Below, piece by piece: positions 37,871 through 50,516 of a DNA stretch of 64,000 bases. How positions within the stretch are numbered: position 1 is the stretch's first letter; every line of letters starts with the position of its first letter. Position numbers and translations under genes: made by a program. The stretch covers positions 4,161,025 through 4,225,024 of the forward strand of contig CM119265.1 of assembly GCA_051294375.1 (NCBI GenBank), written 5' to 3'. This DNA is from Paraspadella gotoi (Eukaryota; Animalia; Chaetognatha). A model generated the notes under the pieces. That model did not search any database. It worked only from the letters and a program-made list of their open reading frames with translations, and was not told the origin of the DNA.

Positions 37871-40800
37871 TAGGCCCGTCTGGCGAGATAAAAAAAATTC
37901 GGGTCGTAAATTGGAGTTTTCTTCCTGTTATGAATCAAATTGTCTACTTCAAAGCGAATGTGATATCGTCAGCGAGCCCACTGTATTTATTTCGACGTCG
38001 GGAGTCGAATACTGAGAGGTAAAATGTTATTTACTGTAACACCCTCGGTAATATATTGATCTTATTGCCGGATTGTTGTAAGTTCTTTAGTGGTTTGACT
38101 TTGAAATAATTTATCAACTTTGTTGTGTTTTTTCTACTTGTGGCTAGCGGTGAGAAAAAGTAGTAAGTCTAAGCTAGAATTATCGAGTCATAAATTATCT
38201 CTATCATATCAGAGTATAGATACTTCTTGCATCGTTATATAACGCATTCATTTCCAAAATTGAAGTGGAATGATACATTAGTGTATCATTATTATCGGAT
38301 GATTATGATGAAGTGGAGCTTAATTCGATGACGAAAACGACGGCGACAGCGACGACGACGAGATAAACCTGACGCAGACGCTCAGATGAGTCAAAAAAGG
38401 GTGTGACCATGATGTGCATTCTGCAATTACGCATCGTGCAATAAATTCGCCGAAAATAAAGATGTCAAACTAGGCGACGCGCATCCTTTCTTTTCTATTG
38501 AGGCAATTTTCGTAACCTCCCAAGCCCATTCATCAAAGGCCAATAACCTTTTAAGCCCATTCATCAAAGGCCAATAACCTTTTAAGCCCATTCATCAAAG
38601 GCAATAAACCTTTTAAGCCCATTCATTCAAGGCCAATAACATTTTAAGCCCATTCATCAAAGGCCAATAACATTTTAAGGCCCATTCATCAAAGGCCAAT
38701 AACCTTTTAAGCCCATTCATCAAAGGCCAATAACCTTTTAGCCCATTCATCAAAGGCCAATAACCTTTTTAAGCCCATTCATCAAAGGCCATATCTTTTA
38801 AGCCCATTCTTCAAAGGCCAATAACCTTTTAAACCCAATCATCAAAGGCTAATAACCTTTTTTAAGCCCATTAAGGCCAATAACTTCCAAGCCTCACATC
38901 AAAGGCTAAGCGCTTAAAGCCGATGACATCCGACCAATGATTCGTCTCAATGCTTTCCTAACCATCTGCAATGAAAACCCGCGTCGTCAGAATTAATTCT
39001 CTTTTATCCTGGAAAGAAATAATCCTGACTTATTTTTGCGAGACGAACGGGCAAAGTCAACGCCTTTATTAACGTGGTAATAAGCGTGAGGATAACTTAA
39101 TTGATTTTGGGATTGGAGCACCACTGACGCAAAGATTAAGGCGTAGTAAAATTTCTAAACTTAAATTTAATTAAAATTCTAAAAGTAAGGAACGAACGAC
39201 ATTATATTAATGAACATTTATGTAATAAAAAAATTTATAATAAATTTTACAATTTACGCAGTAGGCCATATTTATACTAGTACTAAACCGATAAATGTTA
39301 AAATTTCAAAACAGTTTTTTTCTTAAGATTTTTTTGCAGATTCGGATTTGTCATAAAAAGTTGATAGAAAGAAATAGAACTCTTTTTCAAAAATTCCTTC
39401 ATTAAGTGGGTCAAAAATTAGAAAAAGCTATATTATAAGCTGAAAATTAACTTTTTATATATTAAATATATTTTTTTTAATTTTTAACCCACTTAATGAA
39501 ATAATTTTTAAAAAATGATTTATATTTTCTTTTATCAACTTTTGACGAGGAATTCAAATCTGCAATCAAATAAAGAAAAGCCTATTTTGAAATTTTCCGA
39601 TTTTATAAGGATATGTACTATATATAAATATAGCCTACGGCGCAAATTGAAGAACATAAAATTATTTTTTTTTACAAATTAATGTTCACTTATGGTATGT
39701 TGTTCATAAAATTGACTTTTAGAATTTTTCGTATGTAACTTTCACTACGCCTTAGCAAAGATTGTCTAGACTGCCCTAATGGCGCAGAGATTGGCATTAA
39801 ATGATTGACGTTGCGATGACATAGCGATTGACGGAAAAATGGCGAAGCAATTGACACAGAAATGACGCAAGTGATTTGCGCGTCAATTACGAAGATTGAC
39901 GAACCAATGACGCAGCACGTGGCGCGTAAAATGGCGCAGCGATGGGGCACTCAAATACGCACTTTATGTCGCACCAATGACGCAGCGATTGGCTCGCCGA
40001 TGAAACAGGATGTGACTCACCAATTCTTTTTAAATTAATTACTTATTTTCCATCTTCTCGATGCGACGAGTTTCCTTCTCTTTTCCCATTTTTCATCCAA
40101 ACCTTTTTTTTTATTTTAATCTCTTTTCAAAAACGGATCTTCTCTTTTTCCATTAACTAAATGATAAATGAAATCCGAGAAAATTAATCTCATTACATGA
40201 AATTCTCGGAATTTTTTTATATTTATTTAGAAAAAAAAAACACAATTTTAATTCTTCAACTTGATTTAAAAAAAAACGTTGAGCACAAACCTTTCCTCCC
40301 ATGGCGCCGTCTTCCTCATCATAGTTTTCTCTCTCATTCCCCCCTCCCCCTTCCCTCCCCAATATGAGCTTAGTAGGGTGGATGACGGAAAATATCACCG
40401 GGCCTCGCTATCGAGCCAGAACGACTACACTATATGAGCTTAGTAGGGTGGATGACGAAAAATATCACAGGCTCGCTATCGAGCCAGAACGACTACACTA
40501 TATGAGCTTAGTAGGGTGGATGACGGAAAATATCACAGGGCCTCGCTAATCGAGCCAGAACGACTACACTATATGAGCTTAGTAGGGTGGTGACGGAAAA
40601 TATCACAGGGCCTCGCTATCGAGCCAGAACGACTACACTATATGAGCTTAGTAGGGTGGATGACGGAAAATATCACAGGGCCTCGCTATCGAGCCAGAAC
40701 GACTACCCTCCTCCCTTCCCTTCCTCCTTCCCCCCTTTCCTTCCCCTCTCCCCCTTCCCCCCTTCCCTCCCCCCTCTCTCCGTTCCCTCCATCTTACCCA

Positions 40801-41322
40801 ATCCCTCTCCATTCTCCATCTTCATCTCGTTCCCCTCCAACTTTGTCCGCTTCTCTCGTTTCTTCCGCTTTCGCCGGCGACACTCGCGTCCGCTTCCGCT
40901 GATTGTTGTTCTCTTTGGCGCGATCGAGTCGTCGGTCTCGGCGTCAGCAATGGCGGCGTCTTCTACGAAAGCTTCATCGGCTGCATCGTCGGCGGCGTCT
41001 ACGGCGTCGGCTTTGGAAGGCGGAAAACAGTCGCAGATCGTAGTCAGGAGTTTGGCGTCATGGATGCTGGAGAATTCAAGACAGAGACGACGATTAAGAC
41101 GACCGACAAAGATCTAGCGGCGCCCGCCGAAATAGGCGGCGCGCGGGCAGAGTTTAGGAACGCCGGGCGTCGTCGGCGGCCTCGCGTTTCGCGCCGATGA
41201 CAAACGAGATTCCGGCGCCGGAAAAATAATCCCGCGACGTCTCGCGTTTCTCGGTTCTATTTAAGGGGGGCGTCCCTAGACGACCGATGCCGGTTGTTGT
41301 TGGATGGCGTTCTTGGTTGACG

Positions 41323-41356
<34 letters not shown>

Positions 41357-41705
41357 ACGAGGTCGTCGTCCTTTCGCTTTACAGTTCGACGGAGCAACGA
41401 ACTTCGTCGCTTTGTTTCCTCCTTAGCTTTTTTATTCTGTCGACTTCTTTTTATTTGTTTCCCCTTCTTTTTTTATTCGTTTCCCCGGTTGCCAGGCAAC
41501 GTCGCCGCTTTTCTTCGTTGTTTGTTTACATTCGGGAGTCGAGTTTGGTCTTCGCCTTCGATGAAAAAAATTAACGTTTTCATAGTTTTATGTTGCTGTA
41601 TTTTATTTACTTATGTTTACTTATTTTATATAAGTTTAAATAAATTAACACAAAATTGAGAGAAAAAACTGATAGTGATGAATCTCTCTGCTCTTTTCTC
41701 TCTCA

Positions 41706-41737
<32 letters not shown>

Positions 41738-41774
41738 CTCTCTCCTCTCTCTTTTCTTCTCTTCTCTCTCTCTC

Positions 41775-41815
<41 letters not shown>

Positions 41816-42213
41816 CTTTTCTCTCTCTCTCTCTCNNNNNNNNNNNNNNNNNNNNNNNNNAGAGAGAGAGAGAGAAAGAGAGAGAGATTCATCACTATCA
41901 GTTTTCTCTCAATTTTGTGTTAATTTATTTAAACTTATTATAAAATAAGTAAACATAAGTAAATAAAATACAGCAACATAAAACTATGAAAACGTTAATT
42001 TTTTTCATCGAAGGCGAAGACCAAACTCGACTCCCGAATGTAAACAAACAACGAAGAAAAGCGGCGACGTTGCCTGGCAACCGGGGAAACGAATAAAAAA
42101 AGAAGGGGAAACAAATAAAAAGAAGTCGACAGAATAAAAAAGCTAAGGAGGAAACAAAGCGACGAAGTTCGTTGCTCCGTCGAACTGTAAAAGCGAAAGG
42201 ACGACGACCTCGT

Positions 42214-42247
<34 letters not shown>

Positions 42248-45200
42248 CGTCAACCAAGAACGCCATCCAACCAACCGGCATCGGTCGTCTAGGGACGCCC
42301 CCCCTTAAATAGAACCGAGAAACGCGAGAGTCGCGGAAATTATTTTTCCGGCGCCGGAATCTCGTTTGTCATCGGCGCCGAAAACGCGAGGCCGCCGACG
42401 ACGCCGGCGTTCCTAAACTTGCGCCCGCAGCGCCGCCTATTTCGGGCGGGCGCCGCTAGATCTTTGTCGGTCGTCTTAATCGTCGTCTCTGCTTGAATTC
42501 TCCAGCATCCATGACCGCCAAACTCCTGACTACGATCTGCGACTGTTTCCGGCCTTCCAAAGCCGACGCCGTAGACGCCGCCGACGATGCAGCCGATGAA
42601 GCTTTCGTAGAAGACGCCGCCATTGCTGACGCCGAGACCGACGACTCGATCGGCGCCAAAGAGAACAACAATCAGCGGAAGCGGACGCGAGTGTCGCCGG
42701 CGAAAGCGGAAGAAACGAGAGAAGCGGACAAAGTTGGAGGAGAAGCGGAGATGAAGATGGAGAATGAGAGGGATTGGTAAGATGGAGGGAACGGAGGAGA
42801 GGGGGAGGGAAGGGGGGAAGGGGAGAGGGAAGGAAAGGGGGGAAGGAGGAAGGGAAGGGAGGAGGGTAGTCGTTCTGGCTCGATAGCGAGGCCCTGTGAT
42901 ATTTTCCGTCATCCACCCTACTAAGCTCATATAGTGTAGTCGTTCTGGCTCGATAGCGAGGCCCTGTGATATTTTCCGTCATCCACCCTACTAAGCTCAT
43001 ATAGTGTAGTCGTTCTGCTCGATAGCGAGGCCCTGTGATATTTTCCGTCATCCACCCTACTAAGCTCATATAGTGTAGTCGTTCTGGCTCGATAGCGAGG
43101 CCTGTGATATTTTCGTCATCCACCCTACTAAGCTCATATAGTGTAGTCGTTCTGGCTCGATAGCGAGGCCCGGTGATATTTTCCGTCATCCACCCTACTA
43201 AGCTCATATAGTGGGGGAGGGAAGGGGGAGGGGGGAATGAGAGAGAAAACTGATGAGAGGAAAGACGGCGCCATGGGAGGAAAGGTTTGTGCTCAACGTT
43301 TTTTTTTTAAATCAAGTTGAAGAATTAAAAATTGTGTTTTTTTTTTCTAAATAAATATAAAAAAAATTCCGAGGAATTTCATGTAATGAGATTAATTTTC
43401 CTCGGATTTCATTTATCATTTAGTTAATGGAAAAAGAGAAGATCCGTTTTTGAAAAGAGATTAAAATAAAAAAAAAGGTTTGGATGAAAAATGGGAAAAG
43501 AGAAGGAAACTCGTCGCATCGAGAAGATGGAAAATAAGTAATTAATTTAAAAGGAATTGGTGAGTCACATCCTGTTTCATCGGCGAGCCAATCGCTGCGT
43601 CATTGGTGCGACATAAGTGCGTATTTGAGTCGCCCATCGCTGCGCCATTTACGCGCCACGTGCTGCGTCATTGGTTTCGTCAATCTTCGTAATTGACGCG
43701 CAAATCACTGCGTCATTTCTGTGTCAATTGCTTCGCCATTTTTCCGTCAATCGCTATGTCATCGCAACGTCAATCATTTAATGCCAATCTCTGCGCCATT
43801 AGGGCAGTCTAGACAATCTTTGCTAAGGCGTAGTGAAAGTTACATACGAAAATTCTAAAAGTCAATTATGAACAACATACCATAAGTGAACATTAATTTG
43901 TAAAAAAAAATAATTTTATGTTCTTCAATTTGCGCAGTAGGCTATATTTATATATAGTACTATCCTTATAAAATCGGAAAATTTCAAAATAGGCTTTTCT
44001 TTATTTGATTGCAGATTTGAATTCCTCGTCAAAAGTTGATAAAAGAAAATATAAATCATTTTTAAAAATTATTTCATTAAGTGGGTTAAAAATTAAAAAA
44101 ACTATATTTAATATATAAAAAGTTAATTTTCAGCTTATAATATAGCTTTTTCTAATTTTTGACCCACTTAATGAAGGAATTTTTGAAAAAGAGTTCTATT
44201 TCTTTCTATCAACTTTTTATGACAAATCCGAATCTGCAAAAAAATCTTAGAAAAAAACTGTTTTGAAATTTTAACATTTATCGGTTTAGTACTAGTATAA
44301 ATATGGCCTACTGCGTAAATTGTAAAATTTATTATAAATTTTTTTATTACATAAATGTTCATTAATATAATGTCGTTCGTTCCTTACTTTTAGAATTTTA
44401 ATTAAATTTAAGTTTAGAAATTTTACTACGCCTTAATCTTTGCGTCAGTGGTGCTCCAATCCCAAAATCAATTAAGTTATCCTCACGTTATTACCACGTT
44501 AATAAAGGCGTTGACTTTGCCCGTTCGTCTCGCAAAAATAAGTCAGGATTATTTTCTTTCCAGGATAAAAGAGAATTAATTCTGACGACGCGGGGTTTTC
44601 ATTGCAGATGGTTGAGGAAGCATTGAGACGAATCATTGGTCGGATGTCATCGGCTTTAAGCGCTTAGCCTTTGATGTGAGGCTTGGAAGGTTATTGGCCT
44701 TAATGGGCTTAAAAAGGTTATTAGCCTTTGATGATTGGGTTTAAAAGGTTATTGGCCTTTGAAGAATGGGCTTAAAAGGTTATTGGCCTTTGATGAATGG
44801 GCTTAAAAGGTATTGGCCTTTGATGAATGGGCTTAAAATGTTATTGGCCTTTGATGAATGGGCCTTAAAATGTTATTGGCCTTGAATGAATGGGCTTAAA
44901 AGGTTATTGGCCTTTGATGAATGGGCTTAAAAGGTTATTGGCGCCTTGATGAATGGGCTTAAAAGGTTATTGGCCTTTGATGAATGGGCTTGGGAGGTTA
45001 CGAAAATTGCCTCAATAGAAAAAGAAGGATGCGCGTCGCCTAGTTTGACATCTTTATTTCGGCGAATTTATTGCACGATGCGTAATTGCAGAATGCACAT
45101 CATGGTCACACCCTTTTTTGACTCATCTGAGCGTCTGCGTCAGTTTATCTCGTCGTCGTCGCTGTCGCCGTCGTTTTCGTCATCGAATTAAGGCTCCACT

Positions 45201-45642
45201 TCATCATAATCATCCGATAATAATGATACACTAATGTATCATTCCACTTCAATTTTGGAAATGAATGCGTTATATAACGATGCAAGAAGTATCTATACTC
45301 TGATATGATAGAGATATTTATGACTCGATAATTCTAGCTTAGACTTACTACTTTTTCTCACGCTAGCCACAAGTAGAAAAAACACAACAAAGTTGATAAA
45401 TTATTTCAAAGTCAAACCACTAAAGAACTTACAACAATCCGGCAATAAGATTCAATATATTACCGAGGGTGTTACAGTAAATAACATTTTACCTCTCAGT
45501 ATTCGACTCCCGACGTCGAAATAAATACAGTGGGCGTCGCTGACTATATCACATTCGCTTGAAGTAGACAATTTGTATTCATAACAGGAAGAAAACTCCA
45601 ATTTTACGACCCGAATTTTTTTTATCTCGCCAGACGGGCCTA

Positions 45643-46631
45643 CAGATCTGCTCAAAAAAATGTTTAAACTTTGAACCCCCTACTATCTCGCTTGTTTATC
45701 ATCCTATTAATTAGATCTTGGGTTCATATGAAAGTCTAGACAAATATCTTTCATTCGATCCCATGACGAGGTTTTTAGGCTAAATATTATATAGTAGCAG
45801 TGCTAAAATAAAAAAAAAGGATCGAAATTTTGTCTTACAAATTTTTTTTTTTTTTTTGCGAAAAAAATTTTCTTATCCATCTTTGTTTTTTAATGTTTTT
45901 TTATCATGGAAACTTTAAAACAGCTAAACCCTAAAAAGAGAGGTGCAATTGTTGAGCTTTGGTAGGCGGGTTTGTCAAGATATAGGATCGCCAAACAGCT
46001 TCATTTCTCTTCATTTCTCTTCATTTCAGCCATCTGCAGAGTTGTCAACAAATTTGAAGCAAATGGAAACCTTGGACGAGCTGTTGGAAGCAAGTGGCCT
46101 TGCATGTACACGAAGAGCAAGGACGATGACCTGGAAAGTCCGTAAGGCTTCTGCAAGCCAGTTGAGAAAAAAATGGAGAGAAGAAGAATTGCTGCCAGTC
46201 ATTTAACAGTGAATGGGCATTGGGCAGCTGTTCATGGAGAATAGAGCTCCTGGATACAAAGCCAAAACCCCCAAAAAATTTCATGAGAAAAACGGGATAG
46301 AAGTGCTCGAAGGTTAGCCCAGAAACTCGCCTGACTGCAACATCATCGAAAATGTCTGGCCAAGGATGAAAAGGGACATTTTGCAGTACAATGCAATGAC
46401 AGTCGACAAAATCAAAACAATTTTAAATCACATTTGGGGGAGCTGAACCCTTAATATTTGCCCAGCCTCTACGACTCTCTCCCTTGTCTCATGTCATGGA
46501 AACGGTGCTGGAAGAAAATAGTGGTCCGACAATGTATTAACTAACCGAGTCCTAAAAAATATTATTTTCTTTCAAATAACGAAATAAAATGCTTTTATCA
46601 TAACTATTAAACTTGTTTTTGAGCAGATCTG
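45643..46631 (+). mobile_element. Internally deleted Tc1/mariner-superfamily element (989 bp) with decayed transposase
   Basis: TA|CAGATCTGCTCAAAAA...TTTTTGAGCAGATCTG|TA. 46223-46380 translates GQLFMENRAPGYKAK...IEVLEG*PRNSPDCNIIENVW, the Tc1 'QDNAPxH...WPxxSPDLNxIENxW' motif. Confidence 0.92.
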
Positions 46632-46721
46632 TAAGCCCGTCTTGGCGAGATTTAGCTTCGGCTCAGCTTCTTTGTGACGTCGTCGTTGTCGTCGTAGTCA
46701 TCTGCGGCGGCATCACGCTTT

Positions 46722-47636
46722 TTTTTAGTTGGATCTGCTAATCAGCAGATCCCGACTCTATAATTCACATCGTCGGTCCATCGGTCCGCCCCCTCAATCT
46801 TGTCGAGCATTCACTTATATCATGTCAAAACATCGAATTATGATAAATTATGCAAAAAAACAAAAAAAAAACTATGTCCGTCCATCCGTTTGTCTATCTG
46901 TCTGTCTGTCCGTCCGTCCGATGGATAGATTGGAATGGAAATTTGTATGTTGCTAGGGAAGTGTGTAATTGAGCTGGATATGAAGTTTTGATGGAATCGT
47001 GCGAGTGGAAATAAGTTTAAATAGAAAAAAACAAAAAAATATATTTCACTATTTGAACGTCAATTACTCCTTAGTGAATGGGGCGATTGACCTGAAATTT
47101 TGTATTTGGGTATAAAAGTGTGTGATTAAACTGGAAATCAAGTTTCGATGAATTCGTTTGAGTGGAAATGAGTTTAAATGGAAAAAACAAAAAACCTGTT
47201 TCACTAATTGATAATGCTTATTTTTTTAAATTATATATAAATGCAAGATGTATTAATTAATCAAATATATAATCTGTTAATTAATCAATTAGTCAATTAA
47301 TTAATAAATAATTATTTAATCGGTCAATCAATAAATCATTTATTCAATCAATCAATTATTTAGTTATCTATTAATTAATTATTCAATCAATTTATTTATA
47401 ATTAATTAATTATTTAATCAATCAATCAATCAAATCAATCATTATCGGCTTTATTGTCATCATCATCATCGCCATCATCGTCGTCGTTACTTTTATCATG
47501 GTCAATAACAAAAAAAAACTAAAAACAAACATTTCAGATCAAATTAATTAATTTATTAAATAAATTATTATTTTGGTTTATATAGTTTATATTAATTATT
47601 TAATTAATTAATTTCCGCTATGATCATGGGCAGATT
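46722..47636 (+). mobile_element. HINE-like element (mirror copy 36046-36775)
   Basis: ttttagttggatctgctaatcagcagatcccgact 5' hairpin, (GTCY)n tract, AT-rich body, truncated 3' gatcatgggcagat. Confidence 0.78.
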
Positions 47637-47651
47637 TTTTTTAATTTTAAT

Positions 47652-47992
47652 ACCAGCAGATTCGAAAACGAAAGTTTTTAGTATTTTTACAACGATTTTA
47701 TTACAGAGTATTGGACATGTTTCGACTCTTGTTTTTCGAGTCTTCATCAGCATAGGACAGTTGTAATTTTCATAATCATAAAGTTGAGGAGAGAGAGAGA
47801 GGAGTGAGAGAGAGAGAAAGAGAGAGAGAGAGTTTTCAACAAAGAATTGAGAAAGGACAGTGGTCAGATTTCAGGACAGGTGAAGGTAAGGGAACAGGAA
47901 AAAAAGGGAAATATATAGATTTGAAGAGAGAGAGGACTGGAGAGATGAGGCGAGAGACCGAGGAATGTGGACGGGGATGAGAGAGATGGAGG

Positions 47993-48029
<37 letters not shown>

Positions 48030-48340
48030 CATTTTGAAATATACAACAAAGATAAATGAATCAGTAAACTAAATGAATAATAGTAACAAAGAAATAATAA
48101 ATAGTTGATTTAACTAATGGAGTATAAGTGAAAGTGAAAATTTGAAGAATAAGTGGTGACTGGTGAGGGATAGGTAATTAAAGATTTTAAGGAAAAATTA
48201 AGTTAAGAAAGAAGCTCAATTGAGCTGCCCCCCCCCCCGGCCGGGCAAATGGGGGACGTTGACGATGTGATCGGGTCATGGACCTGTCATAGGCTGAGAT
48301 TTGTAGATTTCGACACCCTGGGATCGGGTAGTGATTTTTA
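47652..48340 (-). mobile_element. Penelope-like/retrozyme-like repeat carrying a hammerhead motif
   Basis: 47655-47830 matches 21428-21650. The whole ~690 bp is colinear (inverted) with 57950-58590, sharing gacccgatca..cgtca, ggggggcagctca.ttgagct, ccactg.tcc and (CT)n. Confidence 0.65.
47714..47750 (-). ncRNA. Minimal hammerhead ribozyme motif
   Basis: Minus strand reads CTGATGA-A-GACTC-GAAAAACAA-GAGTC-GAAACATGTC. Confidence 0.78.
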
Positions 48341-48739
48341 CAACCGAAAACGAGTGAAGGGAGAACCACGGCATCGACTTTCAATGCCACGCTCACTACT
48401 ACCACCACAACGACCACAATAACGACAGCCAATCACAACCACAATAACGGCAGCCAATCACATCACCAGTCACGCCAGCAATCAGCGACGTCAACGCCAT
48501 CGATAAAGAATTTCCTTCATCAGTTTCCGATAAAATATCGATTTTTAGCGTCGACGTATGAAAAAAAAGAAAATCCCAGCGCCATCTGAGAACATTTGAA
48601 AAAAAAGGGCATCGATGAGGAATTTAAAAAAAAACAAGATCGGTTCATTCAATGTGTCGCGCCGCAGTGACTTTCTTTGCCTGTCTTTTATTCTTTATAG
48701 TTTTATGATTCCTAAAGGCGGCGCTAGCAGTCACTTAGT

Positions 48740-48900
48740 TTTTATGATTTTTTCTGTCTTAACAAATGATCAACCGACTATAAGCGAGTTAGGAGAATAT
48801 TTAATGTAACGGACAGACCGACGGACAGACAAACCGATCGACCGACCAAAAAGTGACTTATAGAGTTGCTCCGCGAGTACTCAGAACGCAACTAAAAATA
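48740..48900 (-). mobile_element. Fragment of a second HINE-like family
   Basis: Minus strand TTTTTAGTTGCGTTC...GGAGCAACTCTATAAGTCACTTTTGGTCGGTCG followed by a (GTCY)n tract. Confidence 0.5.
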
Positions 48901-48994
48901 CATTAATGCATCGAGATAAAGAATAAAAGATGGAATGTTCTACGCGCTACTTTAAATCAGATTTCAATGACGACGGAAGTAGAAAGAAAGAAAA

Positions 48995-49120
48995 TATTCA
49001 ATACTATGAGAAAAGTATGTATAAGGCTTTTTATAACATTCAATACTGTGAGAAAAGTATGTAAAAAGCTTTTTATAACATTCAATACTATTAGAAAAGT
49101 ATGTATAAGGCTTTTTATAG
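48995..49120. repeat. 42-bp tandem repeat x3
   Basis: attcaatactatgagaaaagtatgtataaggctttttataac-like units. Confidence 0.9.
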
Positions 49121-49385
49121 CCTGCTTTGGAATTGTAGCATCTTAACTTGGAAGCTTTTTGCTGGTTACTTCGCGATTGAATGAACTTGGAATGGGACAA
49201 TGTCGTGGTGAAAAATGAGTTACTGACTGATCGACTTATTGACCAATAAATTGACAAAATCTGACAAAATCTAACCGACAATTTTTAAAGAAACTCGGAC
49301 GCATTCTAACCGACAAAACGACTCAACGATAAATCGATTCAGATTTTATTCGCGATCTGAATTCGAAAAGAAAGAGCGAGAGATG

Positions 49386-49440
<55 letters not shown>

Positions 49441-49635
49441 AGAGAGGAGAGAGAGAGAGAGGAGAAAGAGCGAGAGAGAGAGAGAGAAATTGTTCTGATT
49501 GCAGATTTTGGCGTGGGGGGGGGGAGGGAGAGGGGAAAGAGGGTGGAGGGCTTGTCCGTTTCGTTAAAAGGTCAAGGTCAAGACAAGGACCGAAATTAGG
49601 GTCATCATTCGGGTCTTGTTCTTTGGTCAGACCTT

Positions 49636-50410
49636 TTTTTTTTAGTCGGATCTGCTCTATAATTCACTTTGTCGGTCCGTCGGTCCGGCCCCTCAATCTT
49701 GTTGGGCATTTACTTATATCATGTCAGAACATCGAATTATGAAAAATTATACAAAAAAAACGATGTCTGTCCGTCCGTCCGTCCGTCCGTCCCACCTTAG
49801 CGAAAAACACCAATTACTCGTGATTGGATTGATGGATTGGAATGAAATTTTGTGTGTGGGAAGGGAAGTGTGTGATTGAGCTGGATATAATGTTTCGATG
49901 GAATCGTCCGAGTGGAAATGAGTTTAAATGGAAAAAATAAAAAATATATTTCACTATTTGAACACCAATTACTCATGAGTGGATGGGGCGATTGTCTAGA
50001 AATTTTCTATTTGGGTAGAAAAGTAAGTGATTAAACTGGAAATCAAGTTTCAATGGAATAATTTGAGTGGAAATGAGATTAAATAGAAAAAACAAAAAAA
50101 CCTGTTTCACTAATTGATTATGCATCTTTTTCTTTAAATGTAAATGCAAGATGTATTAATTAATCAAATAATTAATCAGTTAATTAATTAATTAGTCAAT
50201 TAATTAATCAATAATTAATTAATCAGTCAATTAATAAATCAAAACAAACATTTTGGATCAAATTAATAAATTAATTGCCTAATTAATTAAATAATTCACT
50301 TGAATAAATTAATTATTAATTAACTTAAATTAATTATTAATTAATTAATTAATTAATTAATTAATTAATTAATTACCGATAATGATCGTGGGCAGATCCG
50401 ACATTGTTTT
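49636..50410 (+). mobile_element. HINE-like element
   Basis: tttagtcggatctgc 5' end, (GTCC)n tract, 3' gatcgtgggcagatccgacattgttt. Confidence 0.8.
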
Positions 50411-50516
50411 TTTTTTCTTTTTTCTTTTTTCTTTTTTCTTTTCTTTTATTGATTTCTTTGATTCATTAAAAAATAAATCCTATCAATGTTATAAGGAGGA
50501 AAGGAAACTTATTAAA

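Larger units (their letters stand above)
36046..47435. repeat. ~11.4-kb palindrome: arm 36046-41690 is the reverse complement of 41875-47435
   Basis: All internal landmarks are mirrored. The centre is (CT)n - 25 N - (AG)n. Confidence 0.93.
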
